A stretch of DNA of 64,000 bases from Azolla caroliniana (Eukaryota > Plantae > Polypodiophyta). Positions 38,262-49,502 of this stretch are shown here, in pieces. The position numbers were made by a program, and so were the translations under genes. Position 1 is the first letter of the stretch, and every line of letters begins with the position of its first letter. The notes beneath the pieces were generated by a model, which saw only the letters and a program-made list of their open reading frames with translations, ran no database searches and was not told the DNA's origin. The stretch spans positions 23,250,001 to 23,314,000 of the forward strand of contig JBHGNT010000001.1 in the NCBI GenBank assembly GCA_043228905.1. The letters are read 5' to 3'.

Positions 38262-38774
38262 GAGTACCAATATCAATAAAACACAAGTTGATCACTGCGT
38301 GTTTGTCAAAAGGTACAATGAAGGTGACTTCTTGATTCTCTTACTATATGTGGATGACATGTTAGTGGTCAATCAAGATACCAAGAAGATTGGGAGCTTG
38401 CAGAGAGCCTTAGGCAAGTTGTTTGCCATGAAAGATCTTGGACCGGCCAAACAAATCTTGGGGATGCACATAGTTTGAGATAGAACTAAGAATGTGTTAT
38501 GGTTGTCACAAGAGAAGTATGTGACAAAGATCTAGGAAAGATTCAACATGTCGGAAGCAAAACTAGTCGTGTCTACATTGTCAACAAATTGCAAGATGAA
38601 TGCTAGACAATGTCTAAAAACTAAGATGAGGAAAGTGCCATATGCCACAGCCGTCAATAGTTCGATGTATGCTATGGTCTGTACAAGACCAGACATAGCA
38701 TTTGTGGTCGGAATAGTAAGCCGATATATGAGTAATCCAGGAAGAGAACATTGGGCAGCAGTAAAGTGGATACT
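38262..38774 (+). pseudogene. Copia RT fragment
   Basis: DHCVFVKR...LLLYVDDML...FAMKDLG...CTRPDIAF...HWAAVKWIL. Confidence 0.88.
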
Positions 38775-39208
38775 TGTTGAGCGAGCAAGCTCAACCAAAT
38801 CCAGATCGGCTGCATAAGCCCGAACCAGATCGTATCCGGAACCAAGAGCCGGATCGGTGAGCTGGATTGGTGAGCCGGACTCAAGTGTGAACCGGACGGT
38901 CGTTAGAGGCCTACGCTTCTAGAATACTAGGTAGTTAGAGTCCTCATAGTCAGTGTCAGCGGCTCATGTGAGCATTGAAGTACATAGTACTTCTGTCAAT
39001 CCTTTTAAGGACTTGTATAAATAGTGTTGTGGAAGCACGTTGTATGTACAGAGTGATATTAGTTTTTTAATAGCATTTTATGTTCTGCTCTCTCTGTCTC
39101 TCCCTTGTATACTATGTAATCTCAAGGCTCCATTAAACATGTGTCTATGTTCTGTTACTATCCGGCAAAGCTAGTGTCTTTTAGCTTCCGCAAGCGTATT
39201 CTTTAACA
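38775..39208 (+). mobile_element. Solo LTR (Copia)
   Basis: TGTTGA...TTAACA with perfect TSD ATACT. Confidence 0.9.
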
Positions 39209-39217
39209 ATACTCAAG

Positions 39218-42200
39218 TGTGGAGTGGACAAGCTCAACTGGATCCGGATCCAGATCAGTTGAATAAACCAGAGCCGTATCGAAGAGCCAGATCGGTGTCC
39301 AGATGGTATCCGGAACCAGAAGCTAGATCAAATTGTAATCGGTAGGCCGTTAGAGGTCTACAATCTTAGCCTAATACATAGGCAGATTCCTAGGAGTTAG
39401 TGTCAATCGCTCGTATGAGCATTGAAGTACTTGTCTGTACTTTTGTCAGTCCTTTGAAGGACTTGTATAAAAAGTGTTACGTAGGATAGTATATGCACAG
39501 AGTGTTATTGTTTTGAATTTGAGTTTATGTTATTCTGCTCACTCTGTCTCTCCCATGTAAGGTTTACATTAAACCTCTGTCTATATTCTTTTGCTATTCG
39601 GATGAGCCGGTTTTATCTTAGCTTCCGCAATCGTATTCTTTTACATGGTATCAGAACGTGAGGGTTGAGAACCTCTGCAGCCGACAAGCGTTTTTCTGAA
39701 GAAAAACCCTAACATTCAGTAAAGAACAGACAAAAAGAGAATGGCTAGCTCGCTCCCGACGAAGAAGCTCAACAGATGCAACTACGCATATTGGTCATAC
39801 AAGATGCACCAGTACCTTCTCGGGCATGGCTACTGGAGTTATGTCGACGATGCTAACGATACGGCACATAGGGACTTCTCGACTTGAGAAGAAACGGCAA
39901 GCAGAATTATGTACTGCTTTAGGTTCAGTGTTGGCGATTAGCTGCTGAGTCATATGGAGGACGCCAAGACACCGAAGAAAGCTTGGGGAAACCTGAAGAA
40001 GGTCTTCGTTGCAAGCACCGCGGCTATCATGAACACATGACCATTATGGCGTCACCCAGACTTGAACCTCGAACCTTGTAATCCATAATTGAAAACCTCA
40101 ACCATTAAGATAGCTTATTGTCATATGAGAAAATAAAAGCCACTTTTTGTATTAGATTGATTATTGTAAAAACTCTAGATCATTCAAGAATGTCCTAGAA
40201 CATTCTAGAACATTATAGAAATCTCTAAGTTATTCTATAGGAACCTATAAATAAGGGCATACATGTATTCTCAAATCAATTCGAATCAAACTGTCAAAAC
40301 CAAGAATACAAGATAGAGTGATTGAAGAAGGATATAAGGGAACACGAGAAGAAAGGAACGAAATGCTAAGAGAAGAATAAACCATCACTCTCTCTTTGTC
40401 TCTCTCGTCCTCCTCTGTAACCCTTCTGAAGAATATCTCACCCTTGTTGCAGAAATGGAGAATCTTAAATCCAAGTTCGCATCTCTTGAAGTAGAGAATC
40501 AATGTCTACTTGGGGATCTACAAAAGGTTACTATAGAGAAGCAACAACAACAAGAGGAGCTCATGCGACGGGTTCAACACTTAGAGTCGACAATCGTAGT
40601 GTTACAACAACAAAGAGTCGAAGGTCAAGGACTTATGAAGGAGCCCAAAATCAGCCTCCTAGCTAAATTTGATGGTTCGAGGGCGCATTTTCGAGGTTTC
40701 TTGAATCAAGTACGGTTGGTGATTCAAATGCATCCCACACATTATCCGATAGATGCATCATGAGTCGGGTTAGTGGGCACCTTATTGACTGGCATAATGT
40801 TGTCGTGGTTTGCTCCATTGCTAGAGACAAATTCTCCTCAACTGAATAATTTTGAGGAATTTATCAACGAATTTAAGGCTTGTTTCAGAAATACTGATTG
40901 GGTGAGAACAACTATCAACAAGATTCGTACACTACGTCAAGGTGATCAGCCAGCTTCGACATATGCAGCCAATCTCCGTCTCATCGCACGTGATATTCCT
41001 TGGGATGAACAAGCCCTAATGGAGCAATTCCGTTCAGGCCCTCGTAGTGATGTCAAAGACTTACTTCTTACCTTCCCCGAGGATCCAAGGTCACTTACAA
41101 AAGCTATTAGTCGAGCAATACGGTGTGATAATCGCCTTTTTGAGTGTCGATGTGAGCGAAAACAACTAACAAGATCAAGATTCACACCAACTTATGCATC
41201 AGTAACGGCGCAATCATCCCCAAGGCAAACATATAGCGCTGCTCCAACTCCAAGGCAAACACATAGTCTCGTCCCAATGGATAGTCCTACACCCATGGAG
41301 ATCGATATCACTCAACAATGAGGACCGTTGTCGGATGAAGAGAAGCAACGGCACCGAGCAAACTGTTTGTGCTTATATTGCAGCGGTCCAAGACATATTG
41401 CCATTCATTGCTCCCGTAGGCCAAGACGTTAGGTAAATCAAATTCACTATGACAATAAAAATGAGTTCAACATTTTAGAAGCAGTTAGTGAATCTAATAT
41501 TATGAATAATCCACCCTAGTCTAATAAGTTTGAAGTTCTAAGCCAATTAGAAGAGGAGTCAAACGAATAAGTCCAGCCAAAATAGGAGCCATTGGTTGGA
41601 CAACCCTAGATATGTACAACCTAGTGTGGGTTCCATTTCTTCCAAGCATGTTAGTAGAGTCTTCTCAGCCCAAGTACAAGTTAGGACACCAAGTTTTCCA
41701 TTTCAAGTCCAAGCCCTCTTAGATACTGGAATCAACACCAGTCTTTAGCTCTCATTACAACGGCCCGGAAGCTGCAACTCCGACAGGAGTTGAGCAATGT
41801 CCAACAGAAGGACATGTCAGTGACCGACTATATAGCCCGGATCAAAGACATCTGTGACTCACTTGTCTCTATCAACGTAACCGTCGAAGAAGATGAGATG
41901 GTGCAGGTTTGTCTCGGGGGCCTAGTGTCAAAGTTCAGAGCATTCCAAACGGCGATCTGTACAAGGGAGAATACCCCCTCGTTTTTCGACCTACAGTTGA
42001 TGCTCCTAGTTGAGGAGAACCACGCAGGTGCGTCAACAAGTACACAAACTTACAACAAGATGTTGTACACAGAGGCGAAGAGGCCCCGTGGTCATGGCGA
42101 ACGAGGCAGATCGGCACGAGGTGGAAGTGGCCAAACAGAGCAAAATCGGAGCCAAGAGCCGGCGGGAGAAGACCGCGACTGACTGTTGGTACTGTGGCCG

Positions 42201-42310
42201 GAAGGGTTACAAAGAGAGCGAGTGTTGGAAGAAGCGCGCCGATTCGAACAAATCCAGATCCTATGTGTTGAAGATTTGGAATGTCGTTGAGTGTCGAAAG
42301 TCTTTCTAGC
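39218..42310 (+). mobile_element. Copia element, 3'-truncated (5' LTR 39218-39645, PBS 39646-39657, gag from 39741)
   Basis: TGGTATCAGAAC; MASSLPTKKLNRCNYAYW; ARKLQL; CWYCGRKG; gag related to the 31333-35324 element. Confidence 0.85.
40025..41759 (+). mobile_element. Rearranged, internally deleted copy of the Tcn1-like element
   Basis: Homologous to 1176-2974; flanks GCGGC/ACGGC; gag with stops; protease cut at LDTG. Confidence 0.9.
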
Positions 42311-42706
42311 CATGTTTGTGACATGTGGTAGAGTCGACCATGCAACAGGGGTGCGGATTACAGAAGACTGGTTGTTCACTGCGGCTGGAATCCCTCACAC
42401 TTCACTTTGAGTTGGCACATGCAGGTGGATGTGTGGTTTGGTGGGGGCGGATGTTGTGAGGATTTGTGGCCACGGTGCGAAAACCGGGGTTGTAGGGGAT
42501 ATCGGCGGAGTGCACCGTGTGCACTCACTCTTGTAAAAGATGTACAAAGGTAGTGGGTGCCTTTAAGGTGCCGAATAGGAGTAATGACGGGACAGAGTAT
42601 CCCTTGTAATAAGGGATATTTATCCCACATTGTTACGCCACTGCAATAGGAAGTTGATCGGGCCGCGACGGCGATCGCCGACGAACGTGCGGAAAATACA
42701 AGACGG

Positions 42707-43543
42707 TTGGACGAGGCGGAGAAGGTCCGGATGGAGCTCCAGAGGCAGCAGCAGGAAGGAAAGGAGAGAGCGTCAACGGTATTGCAGAATTTACAAAGCA
42801 CATATCAAAGGCAATTGACGCATTACAAGGAGCAGGCAGAAGACAACGTCAAAATCATCAAGCAATTGAAGGAGGAACGGCAGGCTGCGGAGACCAAATC
42901 GCAGTTGGGAACGGGCCGGATTCAGTGCATCCTCTGGGCATGGTTGAATCAGACAAAACGCTTGATTGACGAAAGCTTCATAAGATGGTGGACAAAGTGG
43001 GCACAAAACGCGGCAGAACTCCAATTACTACGGGCAGACGTGGCAAACCGGCGGAAGGAAGGAGATGATTGTTACACGTTGACTTCCGAGGACTTCACCA
43101 CCATACGGGACGAGTTGGCCGATGACTTCCAAGTCCTGGCGGATGAACAGTTGGCGCAGGTCCGGCAACTCGTAGCTCAGCTAGACGATGATAGGCTGGA
43201 CGCTCAAATCCAGTTTGAAAGCTACGAGCGGTCCCGGGTTCGGGAAGAAAAAGCACGGGAAGCGGCAACGGTTAACCTTAGTGATGAGGAACCGTCGCCG
43301 GCCGAGGGCCAGCCTGGAACCAGTCAACCGAAGACCACTACGACGGAGGGGGCAACGACGGAGACGCCGGTGTCAGAGCAACAAACGGAGGAGCAGCCGC
43401 AACCGCCACCAACGGACCCGTCGCAGCAGCCATCAACAGAGCAGCAACAACAACCACAACAACAACAACAACAACAACCAATTCCAGATGAACCATTGGA
43501 GACTCTCGAACAAAGCATTCTGGATATTTTGGACGAGGAATAG
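42707..43543 (+). CDS. Unknown coiled-coil protein with Q/P/T-rich tail; 5'-truncated, probably retroelement-borne
   Basis: 278-aa open frame that continues upstream to a TAG near 42647; followed by a purine tract and an LTR-like unit. Confidence 0.55.
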   Translation: MDEAEKVRMELQRQQQEGKERASTVLQNLQSTYQRQLTHYKEQAEDNVKIIKQLKEERQAAETKSQLGTGRIQCILWAWLNQTKRLIDESFIRWWTKWAQNAAELQLLRADVANRRKEGDDCYTLTSEDFTTIRDELADDFQVLADEQLAQVRQLVAQLDDDRLDAQIQFESYERSRVREEKAREAATVNLSDEEPSPAEGQPGTSQPKTTTTEGATTETPVSEQQTEEQPQPPPTDPSQQPSTEQQQQPQQQQQQQPIPDEPLETLEQSILDILDEE

Positions 43544-43647
43544 CAAGGGTCGGATGTGGATTCGACGTACAAGGTACTATCCCACGGGCGTGCCATGTGT
43601 TACCAGCCCGGCCGGCAAAGGAGTCCTGAGTGTGAAACGGGGAGTCA

Positions 43648-44035
43648 TTTAATTAGTAGGAATGGTTGTAGGTAAGCTATGAGTGTGGACGGACGGACCG
43701 GAATCGGTGTGCCATTCCAGATCCGGACCGATCCCGAACAGGTGCGGATGGCACCGTTTTGTAATACAAACCGGAAACCTATTTAAAGGCCCGGATACAA
43801 TGTAATGAACAACAGTTAAGTAATAAAGCTTAGTGTTGTTATCTCTCTGTGTTAATTGTCGTTCCACATTCATTGTTATATCTTACGCGTGTGAATACTA
43901 AGGACAATCTTGCTAAGTAACTTAATTAAGTCGGATTAATCGTTGAGTCTAATCATGTTGCCGTAACACCTCTTTGGTGAAGTGTCTTCCGTAGACACCC
44001 TGTGTTAGGCCATTGTCCGGCCCTAAGAGTTAACA
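43648..44035 (+). repeat. Putative 3' LTR of an unidentified element
   Basis: Preceded by GAAACGGGGAG; TATTTAAA box; ends GTTAACA where the host LTR resumes; starts TT rather than TG. Confidence 0.5.
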
Positions 44036-44603
44036 CAAGACCCCAATCGGCGCAACGAGCCCGTGAGCTCCCCGATCGGCGGCTTGGCAGTAGGTAGCTA
44101 TTGCAACCTAGTCTACCTTAGTTCGGCTCAAAGTAGGCGTTGTAACAATCCCATTCATGTACATAAATACATATAAGAACTTCTATGTGCTTCTATGTAG
44201 CCGCGTTGGTGTCTCTAGTTCCCTTCCCTAGTGTATGTGTGTGTGTGTGTGTGTGCGTGCCCGCGAGCACAATGAACCGGATCTTGGTCTGCGTACTTAT
44301 TATTATGCATATAAATATATATTATACGTGAATATCTATCGGGCCTTCTGTACATATGGTGCGCGAAGAGCCAGCGGGTGTGAGTACTATGTACGCATGT
44401 GCTCTTCCTCTACGCGTTCCAGTCGTATTTCGGGACACGCCCGGATCGGTTGTCTCCGGGTCGCATCCGAAACCGTTCTGGCTGGAGTCGCGACGGCATA
44501 TCCGGCTCTGGAGAACTCGACCTTCCGGAATCCCATCTCTCCCCAGTCCAAGACCCTGGTGGTTCCACCCGGATCCAACACGTACGCGCGGATTTCCGCG
44601 ACA

Positions 44604-46795
44604 ACGAACCCGCACACATCACTATGAACAAGTTGTAATTTTCTTGCAATGTGTGTATGACTATCTTTTGGAAGAGAAGCATGATGCATTTTTGCAAGAA
44701 TGCAACCTTCACATGCATGTTTTTCAATGGACTCAAGTGTAGGCAACCCAATAACCATATCCTTCTTTTGCAAGTGGAGCAAACTATTGAAGTTCAACTG
44801 CCCAAAATGAGCATTCCAAAGCTCCATTTCAGCCATGGAAGAAGTATGGACAACCAAGGCATTTAAGGCAGCCTTCTTGTATGTATCCAAGCAATAAAAG
44901 CCATTGCATAATGTACCAGACATCACAATAACATTGCCATTGCTGAAATCATGAACCATGCACTTATCATCAACAAAATGTACATGAAGTCCTGCTTTGG
45001 CAATCAAAGGAACCGAAATTAAGTTCTTCTTAATACCCTACACATACAATACATTCTTCAAGATGACAACACCTCCATTTGCAGCCATAAGCTCAATTTC
45101 TCCTATTCCAATGATAGGATAAGAGGCATTGTTTGCACACACCACATGTCCTCCTTTGGGTGCATCGTTCAAGGATGCAAAAAAACTTTTGCATGAAGTA
45201 ATGTGCTTTGAAGCACCACTATCAAAGAACCAATCCAAATCAATCTCGCTTACAACCATACACTTAGAGAGCAATGATGCATCATAATGATATGTAACAA
45301 TACATGCCCAATAGTCCTGGGCCATGTTTGCTTCATCACTCTTTGCACATGAAGAATTTTCAGCAATGGTCATGCCACATTCCTTCTTCTTCTCATTGTG
45401 CTTACCAAGCTTTCTAACTTCATCAATAGTATGATCAACCTTCCAGCAATATTTGCCTATCTTCTTCTTTTGCGAATCACCATCATTAGAGGAATAAGTG
45501 GAAAAGGACGGTTGAGGCTTTGGTTTTGATGAACCAAAAGTTGAACCATACTTGCTTTTTCCCTTTTGTGAGATAGCAAGTGCTTGTGTTCCCTCTTTCA
45601 AACCACTTCTATTCACTCTAGATTGTTCTTCTTGCAAAAGAAGAGACACAACCTCATCAAATGCATACATATTGGTATTCCCTTTTGAAACTAAAGGGAT
45701 TGTAGTAGCAAAGCTTTGAAAAGATTCGAGTAATCCTTTCAACAACGTAGAGATGAGTGATGTATTCGGAATGATCTCATCTATGTTCGCCAATTGCTCT
45801 TTCAAATCTTTGATGCGTGTCACATACACATCTACTAACTCATTTTCAGCCATATATACATCCTCAAGTTGCTTTTTCAAATATGCAACATGTGCTTCGT
45901 TACGCACGGCATACAAAGAAGCAAGAGTGTCCCGTCTCTGTTTTGATGTAGAGCATGAACGAATATATGTGGAACTATATGACCCTTCACAAAAACTGCA
46001 ATCAATGCATGAGCTTGAGCATTTTTTCCATCCCATCTAAGTTGCTCCTATGTAGGTGGAGTAGATGAAGCCATTATGCTCGAAAAAGAACCTGTATCTG
46101 TGATAGTAGATTGTGAAGTAGAAGGACCGGTGGGATGCCGATCTACATCTACCACTATGTTCCATAGTTGTTTGGCCACAAGAACGTGTTTCAACATGTA
46201 GGGCCACATCGGGTAGTTAGTCCCATCAAGATTATCTTCAGCTTGAAGCCTGCCAAACAAGTCACTGTTGTTTGCCATTTCACCAAAGAACAAGAAAGTG
46301 GCAAAATCTTACCTCAACGAAATCTGAAATGAGTGCTAAAATTTCAGCTCACAAACTGTCACTTGGATGGCGATTTTGACTACACAAACGGCTTCAAAAT
46401 CGGGGTAAAACAATAGGGTACTGAAATTCACTTATCTATATTCGGAAGTTGATTTGCATAGTTAAAAGTGCATGCGCGCTGCGACGCGGAAAACCGAAGA
46501 TGGAGAAGATGAAGAACCTGCTCTAATACCACTATTGGGTGCGTGGAAGAGTGAGAGACACACAAGAAGCATACAGAAGAAGCACAAATGCAGCACTCAC
46601 ACAGAGAAGACAATGCTTGGAATATCAAGCTCTCTATTGATGAAAAATTACTAAACTAAAGTAAGAGCTGAAATATATTTGTAAGTACTAAGTACAACCA
46701 CATATGAGTGAATCATGTATGTGGTAACATGGGGAAAAAACCTCTAGCCGGCACTAGAATAAAAAATGCCCATGCATAGGGAAAAGATTCACATC
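44604..46795 (-). mobile_element. Copia element, 5' part (gag, PR, GAG-pre-integrase 44604-46278; PBS 46520-46531; LTR from ~46533, end uncertain)
   Basis: LDGTNYPMW, LLLQEEQSR, WFFDSGASKH, LQLVHSDVCG; PBS TGGTATTAGAGC. Confidence 0.85.
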
Positions 46796-46799
46796 AAAG

Positions 46800-48239
46800 C
46801 TATCCAAGGAACATATAAGTGTAACAGGTGAGTCGGAAGAACCTGTATTCCTCTCGAATTTTCTACTTTTATGACCAACGGTCACAAACTTGGTGCACAG
46901 CCTTCCTGCAATGTGTGCAATAGTTGTTCGATGGTGCACCGCTTGACTTCGACCATTGTTGGTCATGTATCCCTCTTGACCTGCTTTGATCGTCGTAAAT
47001 CCTCCGAGCTGTTCCCCAGGAGAAGTGAGCTTCGGCACTAACGTCGAGGGGGAGTCCCATCGACTTTCTTCGAATCACTTGTTACAACATCGCCCCAATT
47101 GCATCATCGGGCATCAACTTTGCGGAGTTGTTGGTGATAGTTGTGCAAAATACTTCCCAACTCATCGGGAGGCTCGAGGGGAGCACAAGTGCCTTGACTT
47201 CTTCTTCGAAATTTAGGCCTTGCGAGGAGAGTTATGTCAGCGCCCAACTAAAGGTGTCGACATGGGAGGTCTATTGCTCTCTCCCTCTTCTTCACATTGA
47301 ACAACTAACGAATAAAGATGAGTTTGGAGAAGCTCAACTTCTTCTCATGTAACGATTGAAGCTTCTCCCATAGGTCGAACACAGTCAACTCTTTTGCCAT
47401 ACTAAAGTAGACGTTCTCAACTAGATGTGTTCGAATGGTTGATCTCGTGATCTCCTCAAGAGACCACCATTCTTCTGTTGTCATCGTTGATGGTCTGTTA
47501 TTGTGCTTGATTGCCTCGATTTGGCATCCTATGATCAGCACATCCTTCATCATCTCCTTCCATAGGGCAAAGTTTTTGTCGTCGAACTTTATGATCTCAC
47601 AACTTGTGCCGGATGTCGAGGCCATTGTTCTTATGGAGGTTTTTGTCAGCCTAGTCTTTTCCTTCAATCTTCTTGCTCTTCTTATACGGACATTATATGG
47701 GTTCCAATTCGTTCTTATACCACTTGCTAACACCGGTGGTGCCTGGTAGACTATGCACAGATCGTGTGAAAGCTTGTATTGGATCTTGGCGTGGAGCGGG
47801 CAAGCGTATAGTAAGCATGAGGTCTTGTGTTCTACTCATGATACGAGTTATATTAAGTATCACAAATATACACAAGTATATAGCAAAGAGGAGATCTTGC
47901 ATTATTCAACGTCATCTTGTACATGGAGGAATGCCTCCTATTTATACATGAGATCACTTAGCCCTAACTCCAAAGGAGCGTTCACACTAGAACATACAAT
48001 AGTGAGAGTAGGACTTTTAACCCAAATTTTATAAAGGTTTCTTTCTTAATCTATCATTTTCAGCCTAAAAAGAGGCCTTTTTTATCAAGTTATTGTGTAA
48101 ATCCTTTGTAATCTCATTTTCCTTGTGCTAATCGCATGATTTGATCCAAACCTCCGTATTCACCGTTGTGATGAGAGTGAGAGGAGGAAGGTGAGGAGCT
48201 CGTTGTTCCTTCAACGCATATGAGCTTTCAACTCCAACA
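46800..48239 (-). mobile_element. Tnt1/Tork-like Copia 5' fragment (degenerate gag from 47625, PBS 47711-47722, LTR from 47725)
   Basis: IIKFDDKNFALWKEMM, LWEKLQSL; PBS TGGTATAAGAAC; boundaries approximate. Confidence 0.72.
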
Positions 48240-49139
48240 AGCTTTCAACTATAGAGAGCTTTTGACTCTATAGAACCTTAGACTTTGGTGACCTTTTGAC
48301 TCCCACAACCCTTCGATTGTGATGAGTTTTCGACTCTTACGAACTTTCAAGTCTTACAAGCTTTTGAGCTATCTAGTCTTATGATCTTTTAACTCCTAGG
48401 AGTTTTTGACTCCCCAAACATTTACACGACTTCATAAATTGTGTCCCATGCAAATTGCCACAACAAGAAATATGTGAGAATGGTATATTTCCATCCCATG
48501 CAAATTGTAGGGATCAAATGTCAAAATTTAAAGAAGCCGAGAGGATACTCGAAAGGTATGTGATTGATGTTAGGATTTCGGTCCCTTCGGATGGGATATG
48601 AGTACCCGGCAATGAAGGCCCAGTGAAAACTGGATGATGAAGGCCCGATGAGAACCTCTCACCGGATGAAGGGACTAACGGGAACTACAACGCTCCCTCT
48701 ACGCAACGCTCGGCCACAACCGAGCTTAGGTTCATACACAGAAAACGGAAAATAAAGAACGACACAATGGAAGAGAAGAGTACGCAGGATGTTTACGTGG
48801 AAAACCCAAACTAAGGGAAAAAAACCACAGCAGCCCACAGGCTGCAAACTATCACTATGTTGGAATGTACAAACAATGAGTTCACGGAGGCGACGACCTC
48901 GTGCTCACGATCTTCGCCACAGGCGGCGGTTACAACAGAGGCAGCGACCTCTTTCTCTCTCTCTCTCTCTGTACACTATTACGTGCTCTCTCTTCTTCTT
49001 CTTGCACCAACAAGAAAAATGACAACAACAACAGTAACTAAAAGTTTGCCCTAAGTCATATTTATACTAATATGACTTTTCGGCTATTTACAAATATAGC
49101 CTCGATGGACTCTCAGAAACATATTTACGAATATGTCTC

Positions 49140-49420
49140 TTCATCCGGTTCTCACCGGGTCTGCACCATCCGGCTCTCCGTAGCCGGGTACTCCTCATCC
49201 GGATCTCACCGGGTCTGCACCATCCGGCTCTCCGTAGTCGGGTACTCCTCATCCGGTTCTCACCGGGTCTACGTCATCCGGCTCTCCGTAGCCGGGTACT
49301 CCTCATCTGGTTCTCACCAGGTCTACACCATCCGGCTCTCCGTAGCCGGGTATTCCTCATCCAGATCTCACCGGGTCTGCACCATCTGGCTCTCCATAAC
49401 CGGGTACTCCTCATCCGGTT
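49140..49420. repeat. 54-bp tandem repeat in LTR U3 (about 5 units; also 55350-55632, 20270-20445, 9863-9970)
   Basis: Unit CACCGGGTCTGCACCATCCGGCTCTCCGTAGCCGGGTACTCCTCATCCGGTTCT. Confidence 0.92.
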
Positions 49421-49502
49421 TCGGCCTCGGCCGAGTTTGTTCATCGGCACTGTTCTTCTCTCTTCCCATCCGGAGGGACCTGTCTCCTAACAAACTCCCC
49501 CT

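Larger units (their letters stand above)
42340..44603 (+). mobile_element. 3' UTR, PPT and interrupted 3' LTR (42452-42638 + 44036-44603) of a Trp-group element
   Basis: GTGGATGTGTGGTTTGGTGGGGGCGGA|TGTTGTGAGG; conserved GAGCCCGTGAGCTCCCCG; ends CGCGACA. Confidence 0.8.
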
